Shown piece by piece: positions 1-12,000 of a DNA stretch of 64,000 bases. Under the pieces are notes generated by a model, which worked only from the letters and a program-made list of their open reading frames with translations, did no database searches and was not told the DNA's origin. How positions within the stretch are numbered: position 1 is the stretch's first letter; each line of letters opens with the position of its first letter. Where the stretch lies: NCBI GenBank assembly GCA_000002445.1, contig CH464491.1, positions 800,001 to 864,000 on the forward strand, read 5' to 3'. Origin of the DNA: Trypanosoma brucei (lineage: Eukaryota). Position numbers and translations under genes: made by a program.

Positions 1-1214
1 ACAAAGAAGTTACTGTACTACCTTACAAAAATAAATAAATAATGTGTTATAAGTAGTAGTGTGGAAATAAAACAAAACAAATATTGACAGAGAATTTACT
101 GCAATCAGCGGTAGGGAACACTGGATAAGCATAAACCCATAGGCACCAGTAAACAGAGGATGAGATAAGGAAGGGAAAAGCGCACAATTACAAAATACAC
201 AAGAAGACATCGTGTGTAATCATCACGCGTGTCAACATGTCGTGCAGCCAAGGGGAGTTCCCCTGTTTTTTTTCTTAAAAAAACAATTTGAAAAGTGGGT
301 GATTAAATAGTTTGACTTTTTTTTTCCTTGCTAATTTCTCATAGTGTTGGCCTGCTCTCAAATATAATGTTTCTTTCATGTAAAAGATGGGAAGGGAAGA
401 GAGTAAACGAAGGTATTTTTTTTAAAAAAAAAAGTACTGAGGTAAAGTAAGAGGGTAAAAATAAAGAAACGGTGAGCGAAGGGGGAAAAAAGGGAAAAAG
501 AATTTATGGCAAGTGCGGTAGTCAGTACAATAAATAATAATAATAATAAATAAACTACTGCACTACATCAAAGAAGTTGAGAGTCTACATACCGAACAAG
601 TAAAAAAAAAAAAGACAACAACACCAAACGCGCATTTTTATGAAATTCTTCTTTTTTTTTTTACCATTCGTATTATTACAATATTTCAAATAAAAATAAA
701 AATAATAGTAATAATATGAGTGGTAAAAGTGATAAGGGTACTAATGATAATTTTAAAAAACGGGAAGAGAAAAAGTAAGAAGAATAATAATAAACAAAAC
801 ATGTGGACTGCGGTAAAGGAAAATACATAACAACACACAAATACCTTCGAATACATAGGTAGAAAGTGTAGAAATAGAAGCAAAAAGAAATAAATAAAAT
901 GTGGGGGGGGAAAGAGAGAAAAAAAAAAGAAGAAAAGAAAGAAAAAAAACGGAGAGCACAATCAAATGAAGGCAGTTAATACTCAAACACCGTTTTCAGA
1001 TTATGTGTTTGTGTTCACTCCCGAAGCTCTTCCTTCAAATTCCCCCCCTCCCCCCCCCGCATTTACTCTATAATTTTCTTTTTCTTTTCTTATTCCTTCT
1101 TTACCGTCACTATTCCTCAGACTTCTACCGTTTTTTTTTCTCATCTGTTTTTTTTTTTAAAATAATTCTGATTTGCACTTTTCATTTTCTTCCTCAACCA
1201 ATAGACACACAGAA

Positions 1215-1260
<46 letters not shown>
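1215..1260. repeat. Compound microsatellite (AC)13(AT)10
   Basis: Read directly: acacac...acatatatat... Confidence 0.95.
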
Positions 1261-3613
1261 TAATTTATATTAATTTATATTTATATAGACAGACAGACAA
1301 ATATATGTATAAATACATATATTGTATTTCTTCATCTAATATAAATCCTCACAGGGTCGGGTATTGCATTGAAACACAAAGAAACCAAACCTGAACTTCG
1401 TCATAAAGGAGTAAAGCAAAACAATAAACAATAAGAATAATAATCTGAAGAAGAAGGAGGAGGAGAAGGGGGACAGAATGCGCATAAATAAGCATGCGGA
1501 CGCGTATTTGAACATTAATAAATGAAAAAGAAAAAGAGAAAAAACAAGAAACACAAATAACAGTTCATTGTGTTAAAGAGCGATTGACAACGTTCAAACA
1601 AACAAAAAAAACAAGAAGCTGAAAAGAAAGAAAACGAATATTCTGATAATGAAACAGTATCGTTTATCGATTCGTTTATTCATTTATTCCCGATGTTTCC
1701 ATCTTAAATACCCAAATACAAACACATTCTGCCCTGTTGTATTGCCTTGCTTGCTCTAATCACATATTTTCCTCTTTTTTTTTTTTCAAAAAAAAAAAAA
1801 GAAATTCTTTTCGTTACTTTCGTAACACTTCCCTAAAGTAAAGGTACCAAAACATAATCACTTTTATACTCATTAAATGAGTGGAGAGTCGTTTATTTCT
1901 CATTCCCTTCACTTCTTTCTGTTTTATTTCTTTCACACACACTTTGTTGATTGTTTAATTTATTGATTTTTTTTCATTAGCTAGTTTGGTACTCAAAGAG
2001 AAAACAAAAACAAAAACAAAAAAGAGAGTTGTCCAACATATTTTGGACAAAAAGATTTTTTTTTCTTTCGAATTAACCAAACTTAATGAAATATTTAAAA
2101 CACAAAATGAAAAGGAAAAGAATTCATCAAAACAAAAAAAAGTACAAAAAAACAAAAAAAGAAAAAAAGAAAAACACCACATCAGCAGTGCCAGCCAAAC
2201 ACGCGCATGAAATGTTGTGGAAAAAGGCAATGAGCATTGGTGAATATGAGGTGATCGGAAAAATAAAATAAAACAACGGTTACAAAAAAAAAAAGGGGGG
2301 GTGGAAAAAAAAAAAAAAAGAAAACATGTCACAACTAACTTATCACCACTTATTCATAAGGTTTACTTATACAAATACTATTTAACGGGGGGAAAGTAAA
2401 AAAAAACTCTATGTCATTTATTCATTCTTTAACTCACCTATTTACTTCATTTACTTTTTCTTCATACTTTACTTCACCGGTCACAGCCGTAACAAAAAAA
2501 AAAAAGAACAAACAAACAAACAAACAAATGGCAAGAACCACTTAAATAAACGCTCCTTCTCAAGCAAACACATACGCAGAAGCTGCCCGCATTCCTCTGC
2601 AATTCAACACGGAGCCTTCACAATAATAATAATAATAATAATAACAGAACGAGGAAAAACAAAAAAAAAAGCAACGAAAAGAAGAAAAGAAGAATAGAAA
2701 AAAAAAAAAGAGCATCGCTCACTGACTCTATGATAATAATAACAATAATGAAAATAAAGTAGAGAAGAAATTTGCCACATGGAATGGATGAAGCAGCGGA
2801 TCTTCATAACGCTGCCACTATTTATTTACTTCTCCCAACTCGGGCATTATTTTTCTTTTTTTTTGTCGTTGTTCTGTTTGTCCACCGCTGCGGTGAGTTG
2901 TAAGGGTAAAAATAAGGAAAGACTGGATGGGCGAGGGATTAAATAAAAATGGAAAGAAAAAAAAGTTAAAAGGCCGCACACAAATAATAAAAGCCTGAAG
3001 AGAGAACGAACTAAAAAAAAAGAGAGAGAAATGCAAACACACACACCTACATTTCTATTCGGTAAGCATCAACACTCTTGAAGTTACTCGCACGAGTTTT
3101 TGAATACATGTTATTTTTCCCTTCCCCCCTTTTCTCCGTCCCAACTATTTTACTGCACCAAAACACCGCGGTAAGGAGCTGCGGCACATCGCATAAGCAC
3201 CTGGAAGCGGCAGAGGTGTAACAATAAAGTAATAATCATAATAATAATAATAACAGTGGTGATAATTATTTTCATCCGCTTCCCACTTCACCTGTCACCT
3301 CTATTTCACTGGTGACGGTACAGTCGGCGGCTTAGAAATAAAACTGTCATCTCGTTCAGTTCACGCAATGCAACACAAACAAGCTTTCTTTATTTTTTTA
3401 AATTCATTTCACCCACTCCCTCCCCCATGCGTATGTACAAATATATATATATATATATATAAGAAGAAAGAGATACCCAAAGGCGATGATGAAAAAAAGG
3501 CGACAAACATGTGCGCGTATGCACCAATCGTGAGAGAAATGTACCATGAAACAAATACTCACATTGGTACATCAGACTCATTGAGGGGTGAAGGCGGCAC
3601 AATATGTGGTCAC

Positions 3614-6238
3614 TCAGCGAAACTGGCACGGGTCCACATGAGACGGCGCTTTGGTTTGAAAGGCACGCCACATTCGTATCATTGATTCAGGTCCTGCCGT
3701 TGCCAACTGGGTGTTATCGGGGGAAAGCGCCAAATAAATAGGACCATCTCGCAGGCCACCATAACCACTCAGCCGTTCCAGCACTTCACCGTCTTCTTTT
3801 AATTGATACATTTGGAGCAATTCCGCGACCTTCACGGGGGCACGGGATTGCCCGACAGTTGGAAGAGGTGGGAAACCATCAACTCGACTGGTAACGGTAT
3901 TGGGAGTGACACTAGCAGTGGTGTTGCTTGCGCTGTAGTTGCTTCCACTAGTGGCAGTGGTATTATTGGTTGTACCGCCGTTAGCACCAACGCCACCAAA
4001 CGGGTGATGACGATCAACATATGTCACATACCGCGTATCTTCCTCATCACTGGAGTTGTCAGGCGTATCCCACACACCACTAGCAACAAAACCTGAGCCA
4101 TCACCATCATTCTCTGCCGTGCCAAGATGCCCACCATTCGCTGGTGATTGTCGTAGAGCCACGACTGTGTTTTGACCGGAACCTGCAGGGGCAAGAGATA
4201 TTAATATCTCATCGGACGTTTCACTGCTGACAATGCCAAGGATTGGAGCGGCGAGGGGGTGCGCTGCCTTCTCCGATCGGCTGCCCACCGAATAAACAGA
4301 CAGAACAGATCCGTCTGCGCCACCGCCGTAGAGAAGGACAGATTGAAAAAAACTTCCGTGCTTGCCGCGATGCCCATCTGATGCCACGCTGCTGAAATCG
4401 CTGAATGGAAAACCCCACCAGCAGAATGCTCGCACTGGATGAGGGGCGTTCGCCCAAATCGTTCGTCGCTTTGAGCGGTCATCAGGCCCCATACGGCTCG
4501 TTTGGTACAGAAGAAGACTGTTATTTGTCCCAACAGCAATGTGCTCTTCATCTGGAGTAACTTCTAACCTGTAAATTGGCGCTCCTACATTCACAACACA
4601 CTGAGGTTTCCACGAACCACTCCCAGGGGGAAGATGCAGGGCAGTGTACCACTCCACCGACCAATCGCAAAGGTTATGAAGGGTTAGCGTGCCGGCCATG
4701 GACCCCGCGTACAGTGTATGCCCAACAACTTGCAACGTGCTCACGTGATTTGTGTGATCCCTGATAACTACTTGCACTGCCCGAGCAAACATTACATCCC
4801 CTCGCCTGCCCGGTCCCTCCCCACTTCCACAACGCGGAAGTGGCGCGACATCCCCCCAAACAGGGCAGCGGCTCACCACTATCCAACCATTTTCCATTCC
4901 GTATGCTATGTACACGTCCCCACTGTCGGTCGCCTGTCGTGACGAGGCAACCGCACTCACCACACCGCACGTCTGTGGAGCCTCAAAAATTAGTTGTGTC
5001 CTATCAGGTCCATGCCAGACGTAAACCCTGTTCTGCAGCGCAATTACGGCGCCCGCATATCCCCAACACAGTGGACTAAAGTTGGAATGTCCTTGCGAAT
5101 CACACGACGGAAGGCCATGAGCATCAAGGACTTTCTCATATGTTTCCACCTGCCGCCGTGGGGTCGGATGCTGCGAGTACAATGCGCCTCGTCGGAGTAG
5201 CGGACTGCCTTTCACCGACGCCCCGAAACCACTCATCTGCGCACTGAAGGCGGGTGTGCAGGCGAGGTCACTTTCATGTACAACGGGCGTACGGAGTACC
5301 GGCGGATCCGCGACTGACTGCCGGGGACCGAGAACAGGAGTGCGCAGAGTCGTGACGGGAGTCATCCGATGCGCATCACCGCACAATGAGGAAGCTCGTG
5401 GGGTGGCGCTCCGGCTCTCGCGGTGCACAATAGGAGAATGAGGTCCCTCCATGGGTGGCACCGAGATTGTACTTCCAACAGAAAACGTAGAACAATGGGT
5501 TGTTGAATGCAAATAACCCATCCCGCGTACGGGAACAGTTGCAGGTGTCACAGCGCTTTCCCGCGGAGGGCGAACAGGTGTATGACATCCTTCTCGGTGA
5601 TCAGCGGGCAACACACCCATCAGCGGGGCCGGTGCAAATCCCGCATTGGAACTCATCACTCCACCCAACCTCCTCGTTGGAGTGCTGGAAGGTGAACCCA
5701 TCAACGACGAGTGGCGGGTGAGAGACATTCTTGAGGTTTCCGACCGTTGACGCATACCCTCTGAATCCACGAAACATCGTTCACGCTCCTGCAAAATGGG
5801 AGGATGCCTTCCTCGACTTGGCGGTGACGATGGTGCCGAAATTAGCGCAGACGTCAGAGAAAACGGCTGTGACGATAGGGTAAGAGTTGAGTCTACAATA
5901 CCATGCGCTGGGGAAAAAGAACCATCGGGATCACCTTCACGAGAACGCGTTAACCGAAAGTAGTCCCCACCGTGAGAAAGCATGTGGCCAGTCCCCGTTA
6001 GCCCCATACAGGATTCCAGCGTCCGCCGATAGCGCGCCTCCGTAAGATCTTTGGAATTGTGCTGCAGCACGGCGAGCGGATCACGCAGGAATTCCTTGTA
6101 GTCGGCTACGCCAATAAACCGATCCTCTGCTGTCCGTGGGCTCACATCAGTGGACGACCCAACGGTGCATCCCTCTGTGGTGAAGGAACAGGGTGACGGA
6201 GCCGGTTGACTGCCGTGTCCGTGACGTGGCTGCCACAT
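3614..6238 (-). CDS. Hypothetical protein with a probable beta-propeller (WD40/Kelch-like) core and a Ser/Thr/Asn-rich region; 874 aa from the first ATG
   Basis: Long minus-strand ORF with GC-rich codon third positions. The track start at 6277 is a TTG, so I moved the start to the first in-frame ATG at 6238 (MWQPRHG...). Repeated GxxW/VW/WD-like motifs suggest a propeller. I did not recognise a specific family. Confidence 0.6.
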   Translation of the reverse strand: MWQPRHGHGSQPAPSPCSFTTEGCTVGSSTDVSPRTAEDRFIGVADYKEFLRDPLAVLQHNSKDLTEARYRRTLESCMGLTGTGHMLSHGGDYFRLTRSREGDPDGSFSPAHGIVDSTLTLSSQPFSLTSALISAPSSPPSRGRHPPILQERERCFVDSEGMRQRSETSRMSLTRHSSLMGSPSSTPTRRLGGVMSSNAGFAPAPLMGVLPADHREGCHTPVRPPRESAVTPATVPVRGMGYLHSTTHCSTFSVGSTISVPPMEGPHSPIVHRESRSATPRASSLCGDAHRMTPVTTLRTPVLGPRQSVADPPVLRTPVVHESDLACTPAFSAQMSGFGASVKGSPLLRRGALYSQHPTPRRQVETYEKVLDAHGLPSCDSQGHSNFSPLCWGYAGAVIALQNRVYVWHGPDRTQLIFEAPQTCGVVSAVASSRQATDSGDVYIAYGMENGWIVVSRCPVWGDVAPLPRCGSGEGPGRRGDVMFARAVQVVIRDHTNHVSTLQVVGHTLYAGSMAGTLTLHNLCDWSVEWYTALHLPPGSGSWKPQCVVNVGAPIYRLEVTPDEEHIAVGTNNSLLLYQTSRMGPDDRSKRRTIWANAPHPVRAFCWWGFPFSDFSSVASDGHRGKHGSFFQSVLLYGGGADGSVLSVYSVGSRSEKAAHPLAAPILGIVSSETSDEILISLAPAGSGQNTVVALRQSPANGGHLGTAENDGDGSGFVASGVWDTPDNSSDEEDTRYVTYVDRHHPFGGVGANGGTTNNTTATSGSNYSASNTTASVTPNTVTSRVDGFPPLPTVGQSRAPVKVAELLQMYQLKEDGEVLERLSGYGGLRDGPIYLALSPDNTQLATAGPESMIRMWRAFQTKAPSHVDPCQFR

Positions 6239-7798
6239 TTCGCCGCAAAGCGTCGGGTACCAGCGGAAAACAAACAAACAAACAAAGGGCGCTTAGTCAA
6301 GACTTTCGCGATAATAACGAGCGAAGTTACAGTATCGCCCCTCCCCTCAGCAATGCGCGTACACGCACAAAAAAGCAACTTGTGCGCTGTTTTGCTGATT
6401 TTGCCGCAGATACACCCTTTAATAATGGAAAAAAGACGAATGTTTCGCTTTATGGGTAAACAAGCACCACCAAAAATCAACGGGGGCACAAACAAACCCA
6501 ACCACCCCGTCGATTTCGAAAAAGTAAAAAAAAAAACGAAAACTCAACAAAAAAAAATATTCTTTCGATTGAAGGCTGAAAAGCCCCTGGTTTCCTTCCC
6601 TCCTGAAATTCAAATTTTTATCTCCCTCAAAATCAACGAGAGGAAAACGAACCGGCAGATAGTTGAAGAAGGGAAGTGAATATATGGGGAAGTGTATTCA
6701 AATATCTTATCCACCTTCCTTACCCTTACCCCCCTTTTTTTTCCACCGGCAGCTAACAAACAACAAAATCTGTGTAATGTGGCTGATGACACGCCCCTCT
6801 GGGTAGATTATCGTTGCTGTTGCTTTTGCCTTGATAAAGGTGAAGCGATGGAAGCAAAAAAAAAAAAACTGTATGAAATATATGTTCAAACTGTTATATG
6901 TTGAACTTACTCTATGGCAATGGTCCCTATGGTGGTCCGGAAGGGAGGAAGAGAGACAGAGAAATGACTTTCACTCGTATCCTCTACCGCTACGAATGTC
7001 GCAACCGAATTTAGTCACTGAAATGTACCAAATGCTATGCGTTTAAATAAATAAATATATATATATATATCCTTATATGACCTTAGCAGAAGAACGACGA
7101 GGATTGGCACAAGTGCTTTCCCTCTTTCCTCACCTTCCCCTTTTGTAACCACTATTAAATATTCCCTTTTATTAAAATATTTGTATCTTTTTTCCTCCTA
7201 CTGTGTTTCCTTCCCTTTCGGGTTTGCTCTCAAGTAAGTGCAGTCCTTTTTTTTTCTTTTTGCTTTTGGAAACAGGTGTATTTCTGTTGTTGTGGCTGTT
7301 GTTGACACAATAAGATAAAATATAAAATAATCTCGTTTTTCCCCCTTTAACCCAAAGAGAAGTCTCACGCTATACAGCAACAACACAAAAAAACGGTGAG
7401 AAAGTATACACAGAGTTGTCTTCCAATACAAAAAGAAAAAAGAAAAATGAAAACCGAAGGAGGGAAAAGAAACCACCTTTCAGTTGGGTTTCGTCGTGTT
7501 GAAATGTTGAGGTTGAGATAAAGGAGGGGGGAAAGAAAGAGAAAGAAGAGAAGAAATGGATTTAAATAAGAAAGCTGCAGATCGTATTAAAACAGGAAAG
7601 CATCGAGTAGCAGAGTTTCTGACATTGACATAATAAAGAAGGGTAATGCTTTACTTATGACAACAGTAACAGCAGTAGTACAAGCAAAACTCGCAACAAC
7701 AACAACAACAATCAAAAAATTAAATAGGCATGTTAAGGGCAGCACAGCAAAACGCACGCGCGCCCAAAAGCCGGAGTATCTGTTTATTCACTGCAATA

Positions 7799-8116
7799 TC
7801 ATTCATCTACCAATTCTGTAAAGAAACCGGGACGCCATTCGCCTTTTTGTGAAGGTGGAAGAGCGAAGAGGGGACTCGTCACAGGCAACACAATAAGCGC
7901 CACAACATACCAAAGCAACACCACAAGTCCACCCACGACAGACAGTCGCAGCGAAGTGTTGGTGTACCAACGTATTGCCGCGCTGTGCTGGGCGTGGTGG
8001 CGAAAGAAAAGCCACGTCGTGAACCACAACAATGGCAACCCCGCAAAACCACTGTAGAAATATATTCTACAGAGGCGCTCCGCTCGAGGAATATTCAACG
8101 GTCCAGTCGTAAGCAT
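7799..8116 (-). CDS. PEN2: PEN-2 (presenilin enhancer 2) homologue, the small two-TM gamma-secretase subunit
   Basis: The 105-aa ORF starts at an ATG. The stretch 'LCRIYFYSGFAGLPLLWFTTWLFF' aligns with human PEN-2 '[25 protein letters not shown]', and two hydrophobic segments have PEN-2-like spacing. The C-terminal DYLSF motif is not conserved. Confidence 0.65.
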   Translation of the reverse strand: MLTTGPLNIPRAERLCRIYFYSGFAGLPLLWFTTWLFFRHHAQHSAAIRWYTNTSLRLSVVGGLVVLLWYVVALIVLPVTSPLFALPPSQKGEWRPGFFTELVDE

Positions 8117-8522
8117 TTGTCCCCTTCGCTACCTCCTTCCGCGTGAAAAGGTTATAGTAAATGAACTCGCCGATACTAGAAATAGTCGTTCGACCGACTA
8201 ACAACTCCTTTTGATTTATTGAGCTTTTGGCCTTTATTTACCTTCAAACAACACTAGCAATAAGCAATTGCGCTCCTCCCCCGTTCCTTTTAATTGTGAT
8301 TGGGCAACACGCCTTCTCACCTATTTGAGAAAGAGCTGAATGAAAACAAAAAAAAAGAGCATTAGAATAATGGAGTGAGCGATCATGGTGCGAAGAGGGG
8401 TGTAAGTGAACAAATAACACGGGTCATAACAACGGTGCAGGCGGTTCTACAAGTCCTCAAACTGAAGTCGGCCACAAGAAACAGTGAACACTGAAAACGA
8501 ATGCACAAAGCAAGACAAAAAG

Positions 8523-8523
<1 letters not shown>

Positions 8524-8557
<34 letters not shown>
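8524..8557. repeat. (CA)17 microsatellite
   Basis: Read directly from the sequence. Confidence 0.95.
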
Positions 8558-8558
<1 letters not shown>

Positions 8559-9053
8559 GGAGCAAAATAAAGAAGGAAATAGCAGTTCAACCCACCGCAA
8601 CAACTACAACAAACATCTCTTTCCCCAACACATACATTTTTGGCTCACTTTGACCTAACGATACAAGAAAGGTCCCGCAGCAGTTACAGTCACCAAACCC
8701 GTACCGGGGTATGAAAGTACACATCTACTTTTTGTCGCAAAAAGAAAATAAATGTGGCGGTGAAATAAAGCTACATCTGCGGCAATTACAGCGTGGAGTA
8801 AATTGAAAAAACAAAAACGCCTCCCCACTATTGCACCAACAGGGGATCATATTTCACAAAAAGGTGATAGTAAAGGGAATTTGCGTCACCGTTGCACTAC
8901 CGTTGATGCTTAACCACCTGGACAAACACCCCAAGAATACCTATAACGTTGGTGCACCAACGGGTGAATAAAAAAAAAAAAATAGGAAAACAAAGAGGAA
9001 GACAAGAATCTATACATATGTTTTTTTTTTTACGCGCGCACCCCTCCGCCTCT

Positions 9054-9067
9054 CCCCCCCCCCCCCC
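9054..9067. repeat. C14 homopolymer (G14 on the minus, mRNA-sense strand), 5 nt past the stop codon of the 1036-aa gene, preceded by a T10 tract
   Basis: Read directly: tctcccccccccccccccac. Confidence 0.9.
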
Positions 9068-9071
9068 ACTG

Positions 9072-12000
9072 TCATTTACCTGAAGAAACTTCTGACTGAG
9101 TGAGGCATGGAAGACGGTACCTCAAGAAGTTTTCAGAAGGAATCTTTGCAGAGCATTGTGTAATAGAGCTCCCGGAGGTTTTAGCGTGCCCCTTTAACTT
9201 CGACGACAAATCCCGCACACGCGCACAGCGTTCCTCACCTGAAATTACAGATAATATTCGTGATTTCGGTTTAAGCATTTTCTCATCATCAAATATGCCT
9301 CTACGCTCGTGCTTTAAGGTAAGTGACTCCACAGCAAACAGCTCCTTTGTTTCCGCGGTAGGTTGATGTACTTCGGGATAAAATAGTCGAGCTTTTGGTG
9401 GCGAATTGATGCCGGTCTTTGGGAGGAGATCACGTTCCGGTGGTGGTCGAAATTTCATATTCCTCACTTTTATGTCTTGCACGACTCGCGGCGGGTGCAC
9501 CTCTTGCGTTATCGACTCCTCCTCAACCAACTCATTACCACTTCGGTTAGGGTGGTGTACAAGTGGAAGTGGCCTGTACGCTTCTGCTGGTGGTTGGTAC
9601 AGTTGTGGTATTGTAAGAGTTGAGTAATGAACACTTTTCTTACTCTCAGGGGTTGGTACACGGGTACACGTGTAAGGAACTTGAGTATTCTCCAAATCCC
9701 AACAAACGTTACGGGGTTCATCGGTGCCAACAAGTGGTCGACCAAGCTGCACACTGCGTGTGTAGTCCACCACAGAACCAGTGAAAAGGAACCGGGGACG
9801 CAGGGGTCGACGGCTGTTTCCATTAAATGTGGTGTAATCACTGCCTGTCAGCAGCGGCTGAGCAATTGGTATAACTTCTTCATTGAATACAATGTAACCC
9901 GTGCAGTTGTTCATGAGTGAATCATACACAGACCGCGCATGCTGTGCACTCACCGGCACTTGGACAAACACCAATTCCTGACCATCGCCGCCAATACAAC
10001 CAGCGGGGTTCACCAAGTATGGTGAAAAGAGAAGGTCCTTCTTGAAGTAGGCCATTTCACCATCCGATTCATCGTTGGTTACGCCAATAAGAGCCAAGAT
10101 CTTATTTATAGTACTTGTTGTACTTCTCACTTCGTCTTCGCGGTACCGTGCCTCGTCGAGTATATCCTGAAGCGCGTCTACCTCCCCGCCCTCGCGGCTG
10201 CAAGACGAAAGCCGTTTCATGCAATTCGAGAGGCGGGCCCGTAGTGCCACACGCCGCAGTCTTCGCTGCACTAACAACTTCAACAATTCCTCTCGCGTCA
10301 GAGATGCTAAGAACTCGTCTTCTTCGTCAGCCGACGGTGAAGCGCCTAATTCACTATCATACTGTTTGGTACCATTCATGTAGCCGACTCCTTCCTCACC
10401 CCCTTCACCAAAACATAAACCTCGCATACCTCGACGGCCAACACCCTGACCCAAGTACATTTTTCCACCTTTGAAAAGCCGCTTTACCGCACTGTACGAT
10501 GCAGCTTGCAACCTAGCAAAAGCATCCTTCGCCCCCAACACTACTTCGTTTTTCGCCCAGTAGTTGAACTCGCGTCGCCGCCCTGAGCGGCTGTTGACAC
10601 TAAATACATCCACTTTGTCGTCTGAAACTACACCACCGCCTTCCGCAGCGGTGGATGGATCCCCTTTATCGGAATCAATAAAATAGCTAGCAACCACGCG
10701 GCGACTACGTGGGTCCATCACATGTCCCTTTTCTCCATGCTTGCCTTTGAGATGCTTGACCGGGTCCTCCATAAAGTCAGTGATGAGTCGAACCTCAGCC
10801 GCATAAGTTTCTAGGAACCCGAGAAGGCTATTCACACGCCCCTGGATAATTTCAAATGCCTTCCGTAGGGCGTTCATATCGTCGTTGTATTGGCAACGCA
10901 GCATCTGTACACTGTGTCGAAGCTCGTCCAAACGCTCCCTCAGAAGCACCTGTGCATGACTCACTATGGTGGGGATCTGAGCCGTTATGACTGATGCACT
11001 GCATTGATCTAGCATAGACAACAATCCAGTGCGGCAACCGTCTCCCTTGTCAAGTATTCCTCCTAAAGCTCGACGAGCCAAAAATTCAGCTAGCGCTTTT
11101 CTTGCTGCCTCATCTGATAAACCAGGAGAGCTGATAGTGTCCGCTAGTTTCTTCCCCTCATCGCCAAGCAATCCCTCCATCGTCAGGGCTCGTACATACT
11201 GCTCGTAATCAAATATTGCATTAACTGGATCACCCCACACAGACTCTGCAGTTTGTGTGGCCACAGATACGGTACGGCGTGTCAACAGTTTTATCCCTTC
11301 CCTGTCGCCTCCGAAACGTGCACTTCGCGCCGAAAGTGAAACAGGGGTTGCTGGCGCTGTATCACCTGCCTTGCCTCCCGTTGATCTCCGGAACTGCGTG
11401 AAACGGGCTGAAACAACAGAAGCTCGCCGCTCTAAACCTTCACCATCCGCGTGCGAAGCCTCCTGCCGTGGACTGCTGCCACTCCAAATTGAACCAGGGC
11501 CCGGATGTGTATCCTCCATTCCCAGCGGCCCGGAAGTGCCACTTTCCTCACCCGAGAATGACGATGACCCTGATGGTAAAACTTCACCGCATTCCTCCAT
11601 TTTAGATTTGGAAGGGGCTTCAACGGTACGAACTACACCTGACACCGGCCGCGATGCACCACGCGCCGCCATGTTTAGCAACTCTGCCGGAACGCATTGA
11701 AGTGTGATCATCCGCCCCCAGCGTGTTCGTTGCATCACAGTCACGCAATCGTGCAACTGATGCCTCAGAATGAGCACTTCACGGAAGTAACTGTGCAGCA
11801 TTTCATCATGTACCGTGCGGAACCGTCCAAGCATCTCCTCCGCCTCGCTCCGTTCTTGTTCCCTGCGCTTGAGTTCAGCCTCTAATTCCTTTATACGTTC
11901 TTCTAATAAGACCCTTCGCCTCCCTTCTGTACTGAGTTCTACTAACGGAATGGCGCTGTTGATAACATTTTGCACTATCTCACGCACAAACACACCGCAA

